A stretch of DNA of 64,000 nt from a virus: positions 4,336 to 68,335 of IMG/VR virus record IMGVR_UViG_3300020187_000022; one strand, 5' to 3'. The number at the start of each line of letters is the position of its first letter. Positions within the stretch are counted from its first letter, which is position 1. Below, in pieces: positions 41,001-51,900 of this stretch. The notes under the pieces were generated by a model. The model saw only the letters and a list, made by a program, of their open reading frames with translations. It made no database searches and was not told the origin of the DNA. Made by a program: the position numbers and the translations under genes.

Positions 41001-44000
41001 GCATAAACTAAATTACCTTCAGCATTTTTGAATACAGACAAACCAATTGTTTCATCAAAAGGAGCATTTCTAATTGCCATATTTCTAAGTCTAGAATTCA
41101 TACCTCCTTCACTGTATAAGTCAACACCAGTTTGGATTAACTTTAGCATTTCTACAAAGTCTTCAGATATAACAGCAGACTCGTTAGAGTTTGCATTAAT
41201 AAGTGCTTTTTGTTTTACAGTTAATACACTAACAGGTTTGGCAGAAACTATACTAAATGCAATAAATTGTCTACTTAATTTAATACCAATCAGCTCAGAT
41301 AAAGCTTCTTGATATTTTTTAGATTCTTCTGTTAAACTTTTATTGGTAATTTTTTTATTTGAAGAAAGTAAACTTTGTAAATCATCTAATGTATTTTCAG
41401 TTCTAGTTTTAACTGCAGATTCAGATTTAATTATTTTATCTTTTTGAGTCCAAGCTTGTGCCCACCTGGTTACCTGAGAATTTACATCATCTCTTTGCGC
41501 GGCAGAATACATTAATACATTACCCGCATTATCACGTTGAGTAAATAAATAATCTACTCTAAAGTTTTCAAAAGCTTTTGTAAATGCTTGAAACAGCTGT
41601 GGATTTTTAATCTCTAAAGGTAATGGACTATCTGATAATAATGTTTCAACACTTACTCCAATAGAAGAGAGTAGTTTACTTACAACAGCACCTGTTTCTA
41701 AATTATCTTGACCAAAGAAATACATGTTTTGTAACATGGCTTTTGGATTTTCAATATTTTTAACAGACTTTAATAAACCATTATATACATCTACAAAATC
41801 TACAGGTACTATAAGCGTTTCTCCTGATACCAACTCAGCATTACCAAAGTAATCTGTTGCTTCTTTAGTTGTAGTTGCTATAAAAGCTCTAATGTCTTTA
41901 GGTGTAGACTGAATACCACCTACCATAGAGGCATCTTTACCCCATTCATCTATACCTCTTAATCCAATAGAATTCTCCATTGTTTCTTGATTGTACTCTT
42001 CTTCTCCAACTTGACTATCTATTACATTTAATAAATTGAAAACTTGATCTTTAATTATACCGGGTGATTCATCAAGTGCTATACTTACTTGATCTAGTAG
42101 TTCTATTTCTCTTTCTGATTTGTTTGCATATCTTTGATCAGCAGAATTATATAACTCATAAAAATCATCCATTACACTATTTAAAATGTCAGATTTTTTA
42201 AGTAGAGGATCTGTATTTTTATATGATCTGTTTAAATACATTGCCGCTATACTTCTAATTAAAGGATCAGCTACATCATTATCTACATATAAAAATCCTT
42301 TTCTAACAACATCTTTTGTGCTTCCATCTGGTTGTAAAACTTCAGTTATTTCTTCCGTCTCGTCATATGGTAATAAAGCGTTAGCTTCTAATGTAACACC
42401 CGCTTGACTAGTAAATTGATTAACTACTGGTGTAGATGAATAGTACTTACCTGAATCTATATTTTCAAACAGAGTATTTAAATCATTTTTACTATAAGAC
42501 TTAAAAACAGATTCTATCCATTCCAAAATTCTAGTAAATAATGATTTTACTTCTGAAGATGTGTTAGTGTTTTTAGGACCTGTTTTAAATAACTCAAACT
42601 GATCTGCTAAATACTCTTCATAGTATTCTTGTTCTAATCTAGCGTCACTCATATTTGTATATGTGTTAGCTGAACGTCTAAATATTTCTAATTCCTTCTT
42701 CAGACTTTTACCTTCTGATCTAAGTTTTGCTCTCACTTCTTTTCTAGCAATACCCAAATACTTAGTTATTTCTACATCTGATAATAGCATTCTAAATACA
42801 CCATGAAAAGCTTCATGATATCTGAATGGGGAATTAGCTCCGGTATAAATTGTACCATTGATTGTTTTACCACCAGCAATATTATTCAAGTTTAATACAA
42901 AAGCACCAACTCTTTCACCACCTGCTTTTAAATTATCCCCTAATAAAGTAATATCCTCAATACTTATAAAGTCAGGTAAGTTTTCTTCAGCCCATAACAT
43001 AAAAGTATCTATGTCTTCTACATCTGTAATAGATAGAGAGCTTAGTATTTTATTAGCAGAACTCATTATAGCAACTTTTTTTGCTAAAAGCTTTTGATAC
43101 TCTTCGCTTTCTCTTAGAGCTTTTGATTGTTCTTTTCTACTTTTACCTTCTTGCAATTTTGCTTTTAAGGCTTTGATTTCAGCTTTTACTTTAACCAGCG
43201 GAGAATCTTTTACTTCTACTGCTTTGTCAATAACAACTTCTTCAACAGGTTCTTCTGTTGTTGGTACTACTTCAGCAGCACGATCTTCAGCAGAAGTGCT
43301 TTGAGTTGTATTATAAGCTGCTTGTTCTGCTCCAGGATCTGCAAACAATTGAAGTGAAGAAGGGCTTGTAACTGATTTGATTACATTAGTAGTTGTTAGT
43401 TCTAATAGTTGTCCAATAGATGCATTTCTAGGAAATGATGATGTAAAGTTTTTAGCACTCAAAGATATTTTCTGGTCGCTAATTGTTTTATTATCATTAA
43501 ATTCTTGTATGAAATCATTTATTTTTTTAGGATTAAGTATTCCCTCATCCATTATAGTATCCTTACTTAACCTAACTGTTTCCAAACGGTTTTCATTTAC
43601 AGATACTTGTAATTCTATTTTACCCCATGGACTAACTTGCAAAGAAATATTAACACCTGGGTTATTTGTAATAAACAATTTTTCATTTAATGCTTTATTC
43701 CAAACTCGTAGAGCTTTTAATTCTTTGGATCCTTTTTTAAGTTGTGTGCCTGCACCTTTAGGTAATTGACCTATAACTTTTTGAGCTTGTGCAATTGTTT
43801 CAAGCATTAACTCATCAAAGTTTAATGGTTCAGCTGCTAAATTAACTAAGCTATATGTTCCATTAGGCATTAACACAACGGCCATATACCCATCAGTACC
43901 ATTTAACATTTCCTCATACCTATAACCTAGTGAAGCCTGCACCTTATTTAACAGTTCACGTCTTGCGGTGCCTTCTAAATTTGTCACACCAGTAACTGTT

Positions 44001-47000
44001 CTTGGTTGACCCTTTAAACTTTTTTCAAGTTTATATATTAAATAGTTACCGTCTTCATCAGCACGGTTATAATCTAATTGATTTAAAGTTCTTGTAGAAC
44101 TATTATCATAATCTGTTTTTCCTAATTGTAAATTAAAAGATATGTCATTAGGTAAGTCACTTACTTTAAGTGTAATAGTTTCTCCTGAGATTTCATCATA
44201 GAATAAACCATTCAAGGTGTTAGTTAAAACCTGACTAGTAGCAAAATTCTTTTTAATTAATTCTAATGCTTGTTGTGCAGTAAGTTCCTTTTGCAAGTAC
44301 TCCGGCAATCTAATTAAATTATTTGCTTGATCAATTGTAAAATTGTTAGGTTTTAGTTCTACACCATTAGCTTCAAAATAAAAGTTTTCTGTATTAATAA
44401 AACCAAATATACCTTGAGCATCTGTGCTAGGATCAATCCCTGCAACTGATAAGGCTTTATTTATCTTACCCAGTATACTTGGATCGCTTGTCTTAATTCC
44501 AATTATATATTTTGATTGTATTTTTTGTATATACTTATTAGGTTGATTTCCAGGATATACATATAATCCTTTTTGTTTACCAGCTTCAGGATCTAATGTA
44601 ATAACAAGTTCAAGATTTTTAATTTCATCTTGCGTTAAAGCAGATATAATAGCATTGTATCTATTTACACCCTCTTGATATGTTTCAGTAAACTGACCTT
44701 TATCATTTTTGTTTCTATAACCATAAGGAGTAACTGGTTCTGACACATCTAATCTAGATACATCATCTGCAAGAATATCCATGTCTATCTTTTGTAGATC
44801 ATAAAAACCTTTAAATGCTCCAGGTTTTACATATACTAAAAACTCTTTCTTTGCATCAAATGACAAATCACTTTTATCATTTGGAATCAAAGTTAAATTT
44901 TTACCTTCTAAAATTTTATTAGGCTTACTTAAGATTTTATATTCAATAAGGTTACCTTCCTTGTCTTTCTTATATACAAGACCCCCGGTATTTAATGTTT
45001 CACCATCATATACAAACTCACCCGCACTACCATAATCTTTTTCAAGATTTACTAATATTTTTCTAGCATCTTCTGGATCTGTAAATAATCCAATACTTTC
45101 TCCATATTCTTCTAGTAACTCTAAACCTACTGGTTCTTTAGTTTTTGAATCTATAATAGTATATGACTCTATAGGATTACCGTCAGGATCAGGATATGTT
45201 TCAGTTATTATTGAAAAGTTAGGACCAGCTTGGAATACAGTTTGAGATGAGTTGCCTTGAAAGCTCTCGCCTTCTGCTTCCATCAGTACTGTTTGCCCTG
45301 TAATATCAGATAATGATACATTAAGTTTTTGTAATACATCGGATACAAGGTTATTTTGTAAACCATTATCAGATGATAACCAATTAATAAATAATGTATC
45401 ATCTAATTTTTGTTCTTCTGTAAGTAAATTGTTTGGGTTTATTAATTTATCATTAGCAATCCATATATTTTTTAGTGCAGAAAATGCATTTCTGAAATTC
45501 TTGGCGGATTCACTATTAATCCATTCTGAATAAGGAAGTGTCTTACTATTGATTTGCCCTGCTTGATAATTTTTATACTGTATTAAAAGTAAATCTTTAT
45601 ATACATCAGAATTAGACGGCGCTATTTCTTCTTCAATACCAAGTTCTTCTAAAGAGGCATTCACTTCTTCTCTATTAGCTGCTTCTATCTCTGCTTCTAC
45701 TTTACTAATCTCAGCCGCTTCAGTCTCCTGAGCTTCTTTTTTACTAGTAGCATTATATACTTCTAGCAAACCTTGTATCTCAGCATATAACAAAGGGTTA
45801 ACAGCTTCTGTTATTTGACCGTTCTTATTATAGAACTCATCTAAAAATATAGTTGACCCTGTAAGTAAAAATGCCTTGGCTTTTTCAGGAGCTATAATTA
45901 CATTTCCATTATCTAAACCAGCTATCTGATTTACTAATTCGTTTTTCTTGTTTACTTCAGCGTATTCTTCAAGCACCGCTTTAAAGTCATCAGACAAATT
46001 TTCAAAGGCATTAGTAAATACTTGATTTTGTCTTTCAAAAATTTCATTAAACCTTTCAGGATTATTTAAATACTCTATAGTTTTATCATAGGTCTTAGCT
46101 CTTCCCTTTAAAGCTTTGTAATCAACTATATCTTTTAGTGCTTCTCTTATTGCTTCTTTGTTTGCAAAAGTACCTTTACTATTAGCTAAATATTTTACAT
46201 AGTTTTCAAATTCAGGTAATAGTTTATTGGATACTTTTGATTTATTAAATGAACCATCTTTATTTAAATTTTTGGGATCACTTAAAATAACTTCTAATGC
46301 AATTAATCTTTCTTTTTTATCAGTCTTATCTTTTATTATTTTTTTATTTTGTTCTGTATCACCTGTCAATACAGATAACTCAGCCTCTAAATTTGATAAC
46401 TCTTGATTTATACTATCTTTATCTAATAAAACAGTAATATCACTTGCTGCCATATCTTTAAATAAAGGATCTGACGCTAACGTTTGATAAATACTATTTG
46501 ATCTTTCTAAAGCTCTATCAAACCCATCCTTTGTAAACATATACAAATAGTTTGCATGAGCCCAAGCTGCTTCTTTAATTGCTTCTTGTTGATATTCTTT
46601 AGTTCCTTTTTTAAATTGTTGTCTATCAAAAGGATTAGGAAAATCATCTTTCCTATTATTGTAATCATTCTCAGTTTTTTCAATCTGATTAATCATACTT
46701 TGAAAACGCTCTCTTGCTTTTCCGCTTTCTACTTCTTTCTTACTAGCAAATCCGGCATCAATAAGTTCTTGATCACTTAGTTTATTATAATCTTCTAATT
46801 GATTTTGAAATATCTGTCCACCCCCAGTACTTAAGACTGTATATATTTGTTGAAATTTACCAAAGTCTTTTGCATCAATAAAACCAAATCTATCATCTGC
46901 ATAGTTAGACTGAGTAAGTTCACCAGCTACTTGCTTTTGAATTAAAAAGTTTAATTTTGCAGGATCCCATAATTGTGATGGATCTTCAGCTTGTTGATTC

Positions 47001-48925
47001 CAAGCTTCATTATATGACTTTACAACATTTTTAACCCAATTTTCTTGAGCTTCATTTTGTTGAGCGTAAGCTGCTTTTGCTTCAGCACTTCCATACTTTC
47101 CTTTAGCTGCTCTGTATGTAGCGGGTATTCCTTGGAAAAATAATTTTTGTGGTCCTTGTACAATACCACCCATTAAGAAACCAGACATAAATGTTTCAAA
47201 ACCCTGAGAACTAAACTGTGAACTTACTGCAGAATGTATTGATTGTTTATAAAGATCATATCCACCCGCTGTTGGATCAGTAAATACATTTTTATAATAA
47301 TCATTTGTTGCTCCAGAAATAGCTTCTTGTCCAATTTCTTGAAACCCTTCCGCAAAGTTAGCAGAAAAGAATCTTAAACTTGCACCTGCTAATTTTCTAG
47401 TATTACCTTTTATTCCAGCAGAACTAACTCTGTTAAGTAATCCTGTAAAACCTGTACCTGCATCTTCAAATACATTTAATAGTTTTTTACCATCTTTACC
47501 AATACCTTTACTTTTTTGTATTATTCTTCTACCAATACCAGTTACTTTTTCATTAGCTAATCTGGCAAATGATTTATTAAAGCCACCAAAAGCATTGCCT
47601 AATACAATTTGATTACTTAGAAAAATTAAAGGTGCATTAGCAAGAAGAGTATCAAAACTAGCTTTAGTAGCATTATCTTGTATTGACTCTAATTGCAAAG
47701 ATGTTACAGGATCTCCTAAGTTTTTACTTGATTGTATAGCAAGGTTTTCATTAATCCTTTGGTTATAAACCATACCTGCTTCCAAACTACTTTCAGCTAA
47801 AGCAAGATTTAATGATCTCAAATCTTTATAAAATCCACCAAAAGTTTTACTGGCCTTGGCCATGTTGCTTAAATTTTGAGCACCATTTTGAGCAGTCTTT
47901 AAAGATCTTATTGCAGCTACTGTTTCTGGTGCAAATACTTTTCCTATAAACTTACCGCCTGTTGTAAAGCCATTATACACATCTCTTGCTCCATCTACGT
48001 TTCTTGCAGCTGTTAACATTTTTTTTGTTGCTGCAGCTATTCTTGTTACTCCAAAACTGTTTGCAATAGTTTTACCAAGTCTCACTGTATTTGTTGCAGT
48101 TCTAGCTACAAGCGCAGCATCAGATACAGGATTTAAACCACCTTGTAAACCAGCAGCTGCCGCTAATGCTATTTCTTCTGCAGCTATACTACCTATAATA
48201 CCAAATGTATACCCGGCATTTAAAAATAAATTAGTTGTAAATCCTGCACCACCACCTCTTGTTGAGCTGGCTCTAGCCATTATATCTTCAAACTCTCTAG
48301 CTGATTTTAAATCAGGACCAAAAGGATCACCTAAGTTTCTATATACACTTTTAAAACCAACAGCTGCTAAACTAGCAAGACCACCAAGTGTTCTTGATGC
48401 AGCATCCCACTCAGTAGAATTAGTGTTATAATACTCTTCATTATTTGCATAAGGAGAAAAACCTAACTCAGCATACATAGGATGATTATAATAACGCATA
48501 AAGTTAGATTGCTTTATACTAGAAACTTGAGGTGCAACGGTACCTATACCATTAGCAGGTCCCATGTTTTCTTGATTTTGTATAGCATCAAGTCTTTGGT
48601 CAAGCATTCTATTAACCCCACCAATTCCATTTATAGTTGGTGGTGTTTTTTGACTTAGAGGATCATATGTATTTGTTGCAACAGAAGGGCGTGGCGCACC
48701 CATATTAGCCAAGGCACTTATACCATATTTATTTGCTAATGGAGCACTGGCTTGAAGTTGTTGTATCTCTGATACATCGGCCATGTCAACATATTCATCA
48801 TATTCAGGCGTATCAAACATTTCCTCAACAGGAGTAAAAGATTGCTCCTTATCAATTACACTAGCTGAAGTTTCATTTTGTGCAATTGCATTATCTAAAG
48901 TTGTATTATCCAATTGATCTTCCAT
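35093..48925 (-). CDS. virion-packaged two-barrel RNA polymerase polyprotein (phi14:2 gp66-like) with zincin domains
   Basis: RIPSQ...GADFDIDK (DFDID 38336-38350), HEAFH (42803-42817), HEQDH (35519-35533); 4610 aa. Confidence 0.9.
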   Translation of the reverse strand: MEDQLDNTTLDNAIAQNETSASVIDKEQSFTPVEEMFDTPEYDEYVDMADVSEIQQLQASAPLANKYGISALANMGAPRPSVATNTYDPLSQKTPPTINGIGGVNRMLDQRLDAIQNQENMGPANGIGTVAPQVSSIKQSNFMRYYNHPMYAELGFSPYANNEEYYNTNSTEWDAASRTLGGLASLAAVGFKSVYRNLGDPFGPDLKSAREFEDIMARASSTRGGGAGFTTNLFLNAGYTFGIIGSIAAEEIALAAAAGLQGGLNPVSDAALVARTATNTVRLGKTIANSFGVTRIAAATKKMLTAARNVDGARDVYNGFTTGGKFIGKVFAPETVAAIRSLKTAQNGAQNLSNMAKASKTFGGFYKDLRSLNLALAESSLEAGMVYNQRINENLAIQSSKNLGDPVTSLQLESIQDNATKASFDTLLANAPLIFLSNQIVLGNAFGGFNKSFARLANEKVTGIGRRIIQKSKGIGKDGKKLLNVFEDAGTGFTGLLNRVSSAGIKGNTRKLAGASLRFFSANFAEGFQEIGQEAISGATNDYYKNVFTDPTAGGYDLYKQSIHSAVSSQFSSQGFETFMSGFLMGGIVQGPQKLFFQGIPATYRAAKGKYGSAEAKAAYAQQNEAQENWVKNVVKSYNEAWNQQAEDPSQLWDPAKLNFLIQKQVAGELTQSNYADDRFGFIDAKDFGKFQQIYTVLSTGGGQIFQNQLEDYNKLSDQELIDAGFASKKEVESGKARERFQSMINQIEKTENDYNNRKDDFPNPFDRQQFKKGTKEYQQEAIKEAAWAHANYLYMFTKDGFDRALERSNSIYQTLASDPLFKDMAASDITVLLDKDSINQELSNLEAELSVLTGDTEQNKKIIKDKTDKKERLIALEVILSDPKNLNKDGSFNKSKVSNKLLPEFENYVKYLANSKGTFANKEAIREALKDIVDYKALKGRAKTYDKTIEYLNNPERFNEIFERQNQVFTNAFENLSDDFKAVLEEYAEVNKKNELVNQIAGLDNGNVIIAPEKAKAFLLTGSTIFLDEFYNKNGQITEAVNPLLYAEIQGLLEVYNATSKKEAQETEAAEISKVEAEIEAANREEVNASLEELGIEEEIAPSNSDVYKDLLLIQYKNYQAGQINSKTLPYSEWINSESAKNFRNAFSALKNIWIANDKLINPNNLLTEEQKLDDTLFINWLSSDNGLQNNLVSDVLQKLNVSLSDITGQTVLMEAEGESFQGNSSQTVFQAGPNFSIITETYPDPDGNPIESYTIIDSKTKEPVGLELLEEYGESIGLFTDPEDARKILVNLEKDYGSAGEFVYDGETLNTGGLVYKKDKEGNLIEYKILSKPNKILEGKNLTLIPNDKSDLSFDAKKEFLVYVKPGAFKGFYDLQKIDMDILADDVSRLDVSEPVTPYGYRNKNDKGQFTETYQEGVNRYNAIISALTQDEIKNLELVITLDPEAGKQKGLYVYPGNQPNKYIQKIQSKYIIGIKTSDPSILGKINKALSVAGIDPSTDAQGIFGFINTENFYFEANGVELKPNNFTIDQANNLIRLPEYLQKELTAQQALELIKKNFATSQVLTNTLNGLFYDEISGETITLKVSDLPNDISFNLQLGKTDYDNSSTRTLNQLDYNRADEDGNYLIYKLEKSLKGQPRTVTGVTNLEGTARRELLNKVQASLGYRYEEMLNGTDGYMAVVLMPNGTYSLVNLAAEPLNFDELMLETIAQAQKVIGQLPKGAGTQLKKGSKELKALRVWNKALNEKLFITNNPGVNISLQVSPWGKIELQVSVNENRLETVRLSKDTIMDEGILNPKKINDFIQEFNDNKTISDQKISLSAKNFTSSFPRNASIGQLLELTTTNVIKSVTSPSSLQLFADPGAEQAAYNTTQSTSAEDRAAEVVPTTEEPVEEVVIDKAVEVKDSPLVKVKAEIKALKAKLQEGKSRKEQSKALRESEEYQKLLAKKVAIMSSANKILSSLSITDVEDIDTFMLWAEENLPDFISIEDITLLGDNLKAGGERVGAFVLNLNNIAGGKTINGTIYTGANSPFRYHEAFHGVFRMLLSDVEITKYLGIARKEVRAKLRSEGKSLKKELEIFRRSANTYTNMSDARLEQEYYEEYLADQFELFKTGPKNTNTSSEVKSLFTRILEWIESVFKSYSKNDLNTLFENIDSGKYYSSTPVVNQFTSQAGVTLEANALLPYDETEEITEVLQPDGSTKDVVRKGFLYVDNDVADPLIRSIAAMYLNRSYKNTDPLLKKSDILNSVMDDFYELYNSADQRYANKSEREIELLDQVSIALDESPGIIKDQVFNLLNVIDSQVGEEEYNQETMENSIGLRGIDEWGKDASMVGGIQSTPKDIRAFIATTTKEATDYFGNAELVSGETLIVPVDFVDVYNGLLKSVKNIENPKAMLQNMYFFGQDNLETGAVVSKLLSSIGVSVETLLSDSPLPLEIKNPQLFQAFTKAFENFRVDYLFTQRDNAGNVLMYSAAQRDDVNSQVTRWAQAWTQKDKIIKSESAVKTRTENTLDDLQSLLSSNKKITNKSLTEESKKYQEALSELIGIKLSRQFIAFSIVSAKPVSVLTVKQKALINANSNESAVISEDFVEMLKLIQTGVDLYSEGGMNSRLRNMAIRNAPFDETIGLSVFKNAEGNLVYAHQKPTYHLKAIQKLNDLDQLEGLKAQFPYLENNYLLNSDAFVQLSADQRQKILRFAGSAVGKINKTEEEINANISGVSSRSTYGNFTPQEFALTLINSYTALVNTKSGRVDFVEYFNNAENEEVKTALAPILLRVLESSNTGDMAYMPVLRAVETSNGITTITDETLNIYLDSIETEFNRIKRERNVETKTERSIVGYNQDNDGRAFKLHNSQLLLSPQVKTELEQIANRGGDITLDQALDEINMTRDQFKSELNNILEDQFAEFKSELVTLNLNQEISNSIKNGLDISANFEESAEMLNLIDDADHNLKQIFFNDWVNTKALNEILLGDQAVTLKNGVDAIKRAKAQNAATVSAYSAITAPELGVNHIVDKVSGFVLEEPIGKSSLGTNKNIEEADAQLYYTTKGLRYTEFGFGKLTPMQAALLDRVERGEDITSEEIFGENGFVQNGAMLNSRKLVYADGRTFIKMSAFPLIPQLTSNNIAEEGQTPIWEAKPNMMKLHNLRMKLEAEEAKSESIAIAAPLSAYKMLKQDVISLSELENTNDFTNSPSELSAKNLGLQVEMPSNKLEIVDPTQIKNIITSEQKDNVYVEALGLTVGQIRKEYNKATGKRVELKFKNKRNLVYTFKKKDGSVGLMDELKVSVKQNKITPNLTAFLRYAQAGLKASESSSNLLEFFNTVNGEQQYDLNNPITVNKFEGLFLTYLSKGSLSEKLPGHSLALVSDFGVGVYRKVYSFDSNGIPERSEIIREGVWNKMKNKPALVDPTNGLDTNAEPTWSEVKIPKGGFVVIQDRLRAGVKAYDSKGKETGERYTEMMMPSHFADVMDLIENTNELIPDVVSKMFAIRIPSQDNHSTINTKYVDFLPAVYGSVAMFARELVEISGADFDIDKVYSQIKEWYVKDKNFIEYGKATTEQGQYNDYIEYVKNQVAKKGSIYNEALSLYKQDDQAIKVSNSSVLVVSDALGKEYQDAIIALEMLGLPISKQQYITYKKKNGEPYVAALNNDILDYKYALMGNRGVTESTTEETPISYTAAALDILEDEWKVLQEITKLENGISPLTERSREDNIDIDNILGKIKAFKANKGAAIGAIVLPNQYLSLLTEYKIKLKSNAPSIVINGITYNDFGVLREKLSKTKKGLRKQDIISSLITMATDNAKERLVAKLGLNKSALGLVGNLTALGVPINTSLLLINNPIIQEIYNEALNKKEKMDPGVDTLVDNMLESLNPEGKKFKALSVTNELLINSIKLPNEVDEQTLFSILKLFKAGNTVSKFTANMGAVSNLTQGLGKDMAAINKKSNQIDKLLDPKAIMDLSSIYLKDTWQAKYLEIFNEVRTELLPSTFLSASPEFKNIMDKILTNVDTESSGYDEEVEAKISRDLLSYITIKAYQTKGQNIATLSNEFIYPSDLQSIDKLVEDMRATDIGKDNFFLETFAVTNAYTNKDNNTGLNLVEANTFRSLNKLQKIDLQTSFAKLYGSATMRDSALAIINYMMVKDGLQLTYGTLMDAVSPFIMNGYLSHIQTANIALRDGSDIKMKEVFGLTKEELSKEFVSGYLESNISNSLLNTFNSKSKGVSISDGILTVSLNNNPEASDLEYARYRSIDAMGNDTYVTFKVDGEKSNESVRVFNKAETYGSNQQNGIGFMFGERPTYQEVRESVKEKNYGSDTNLDGVYNQDEQIDYDSLEAEQTAALEEVLRNGSVEVEVGVNTSVKLDGKDISEIEPKIAAPTRSLEIPEYKINRQLQNQDESIRYASTNGTTITLNPVEGEDGRAKFFDYFTGQEGGITSKQKAKVLEAVAAQGWSMDRITNLLSSNKLINTFLVLHEQDHINNNDKSVYWKNGRDLLTQDKIDIEARATIVALLQIDVMEGGTIPAQQTSEVESLEMEGAAQLQSDLQLELEADLTDVNVALEVYWEEQIEPFPEKKAKLREQKLYPFSKMIKAFNEGTYIPTDEMTSEEVFMDEINNCIL

Positions 48926-48955
48926 CTAAGGTAAAAATTTATTGATTTTATTATT

Positions 48956-51900
48956 TTACTTTTTGCCATTAACAGCAACATCTTTATTTTTTGCCTCTGT
49001 GTTTGCTTTCACTTGAAGCGCTATTAAGTTTTTTACCTCTTGTTCCATAGCTTCTAAAATACTCATATTCCCCCCATATACAGAACCCATAGGATTTATA
49101 TTAACTTGTCTAGACACAACACCTTTACTTACATAAGAACCACCAACACCATTAACAGATGGTTTGTATGCTTGTATTTCGTAGTTTAATGTATAGTTTT
49201 GAGAATTAATTTTTTGAAAAGAATAAGCACCTCCAGGATCAGCATTTGGGCCAGGTACATTTTTAGAATAATATCCATTACCTGCCTCAACTAAAGATGC
49301 AATTGCAGAGTTATTAGTCATTTGTTTATTACGAGAACCTTGGCTTATATCAACATCTTGATCAAATGTAAATGTAATACCATTTTCCATAATCTTTTTT
49401 CTTATAGTTGGGGATAATCCAGCCCATTGACTGTCTCCACCGCCTCCTTTAACTTTGGAATCTTGCCAAGCGTCAGAAGGGAAAAACTTATATGCTGCTT
49501 TTGTTTTTTCCGGATTTTCTGGATCTCCAAATGTATTAGCATATACTATTTTACCTTTAGGAGTTTCTTTTATATTTGTTGAAACTTTACTATTACTTCT
49601 CATAGCATACCAGTCCATACCAAAATCATCAAGAACTGCTTGAGCAATAGGACCTTCTTCTTTTGCATTTTCTAATTCTGTAATATATAAAGTAGGTTTT
49701 GTTCCTTTAGCTAAACCTGATTTTATTTGATTTAACATATCCGCATATAACTGATCTCCTTTACCTTTAACCTCTGAGTTAATAGGAAGGCTTATGGCTG
49801 CATAATTTTGTATATCTGCAGTAGTACTACCAGCTCTTCTTTTTACACTATCATATGTTGCTACATCTATTTCCCCAGCTCCTATATTTCCTTTAAGAAC
49901 TTCATTCTGTTGTTCTTGTAATATTTCATAAGCTTCTTCAGCTTCATTCCTAACCTCACGCACAGATATATTACGCACCTGCTTAGGCATATCTATAGGT
50001 CTATCACCCCTTATTTTTTGTACTGCTGGTCTACCGGTATCTTCTGTAGTATATTGTAACCCCGGTGCGTCCTTAATAAAGTAAGGTGTTTCACTGTTGA
50101 AAACACTTCTAACAACATTCATATCCTTTCTACCCATGGTTTTATTTACCATATAGTTTTCATCTGGTCCATTAAATCCAAAATTATCTATACCAGTTAA
50201 ATCAGGGTTTTGTAATTTTCCTTGTCTTGCATTTTCTATAGCTCTATCTACATATTCTTTCTTAGTTAGCATTACCATTAAATCACTTTCACCCTTCTCC
50301 CATATATCACCAAATCCTGATTCTATTAGAGCTTGGGAATCTTCCAAGTCATTTCCTTTTAATAACATTTTAGAATCTAAATAAGCCTCATATTGTTTTT
50401 TTGATGACGTTTTAAAATCCATATTAGAATTAGTAATAGAATTACTTGTTTGAGAAAATGCATCTAACAAAGGTTTATAATTACCAGAACTTGTAAAATC
50501 AATATTATTTTTTTTAAGAGCTTCGGGATCATTTAATGAAGACTCATAATTTTTCCATTGTTGTTCTATAACACTTCTATTAACATATGTTTTAACACCG
50601 TTTTCATCTTCTGTTTGTTGACTTAAAAAAGATCTTAAATTAGGTATAGACATGTTTTCAGTTACTGTTTCGCCATCTTTTATATACTCAACAGGAATTA
50701 TAACTTCTTCTGATCCTGCAGTTGCATTTAATTGTGTAGCAGCAGAAATAACATTATTAATTTGACTTTCTAAATTTAATTGATCATCTTTTAATTTTGA
50801 TTTAAGAGACATTTCATATACATCATCACCCTCTTGCCAAACAGTTGTTTCTGGCATTGTAAAATCTGTTGTAGGATTACCTAATGCATCTAGAGTTGCA
50901 TCGTTTGGATCACCTACTTCACCCTTTAACACCGCTAACTTATAAGCATCAGATGCTTTTTGTGCTTGTAAATCAAATGCTAAATTTCTTCTTTCTGTCA
51001 AAGTTGCAGAAAGTTTAGCCATATCATGTTCAAATTGTTTACTTTGCTTAGCATACTCATTAACTCTCATAGTAGACTCCATGTCACGCATACTAAATGC
51101 TTTAGCTGCTTTTAACATATCACCATGCATGTTAGTTAATTGTAGCAATTGATATGCCCTATTTAAATTACTTTCTAAATCTGGAGAACTAGTAGCAGCA
51201 ACATCTCTGATTTTCATTCTATTTTGTAAACGAGCACTAGTAGCATCAAAGGCACTTTGAGCCTCTTTCATTATTTTTTCATCATCAGATCCAGGTATAA
51301 TACCATTTGTTTGCTGATAATTACTCCACCTTACTGTTGACTTTTGTTGTTGAGCTAATTTTTTTGTACCGTCAGTAATATCTTTATTATTATTTGCTTC
51401 TATTCTTTTAATAGTTTCTACAGCCCAAGCATTCTGACCTTCTTCTACACTACTAAATGCTCCCGCAGCCATACCTTCTGCAGCAAAATCTCTTCCTGCT
51501 ACATATGCTTGTGTACGATATGCATTTTGAACTCTTGGGTCATCTTGTAATCTTTCTTGTATCATTGCTAATGCAGGACCAGTTACTGCTTCTCCATTAG
51601 TAGTAGTGATTATCCAATCTCCATTTACTTTTCCTTTAGTAATTGTACCATCTGCATTTACCACATCGGGGTCTTTACCAAAGTGATCAAATTTCATTTT
51701 TAATGGAGGCTTCATTTCACTTAACATCTTGTCAGCCATCTTACCTAAATCTGCATCTGGAGTATAACTATATAGTTTTGCATCTAAAGCTTGATCAGGA
51801 CTCATGTTTATAAAGTCTTCCATTCTATATTGCAACTCCTTAACACCATCTGCCCACCATAAATCTCTTTGGTCAAAATCCACAGATGTTTGTAACCGGT

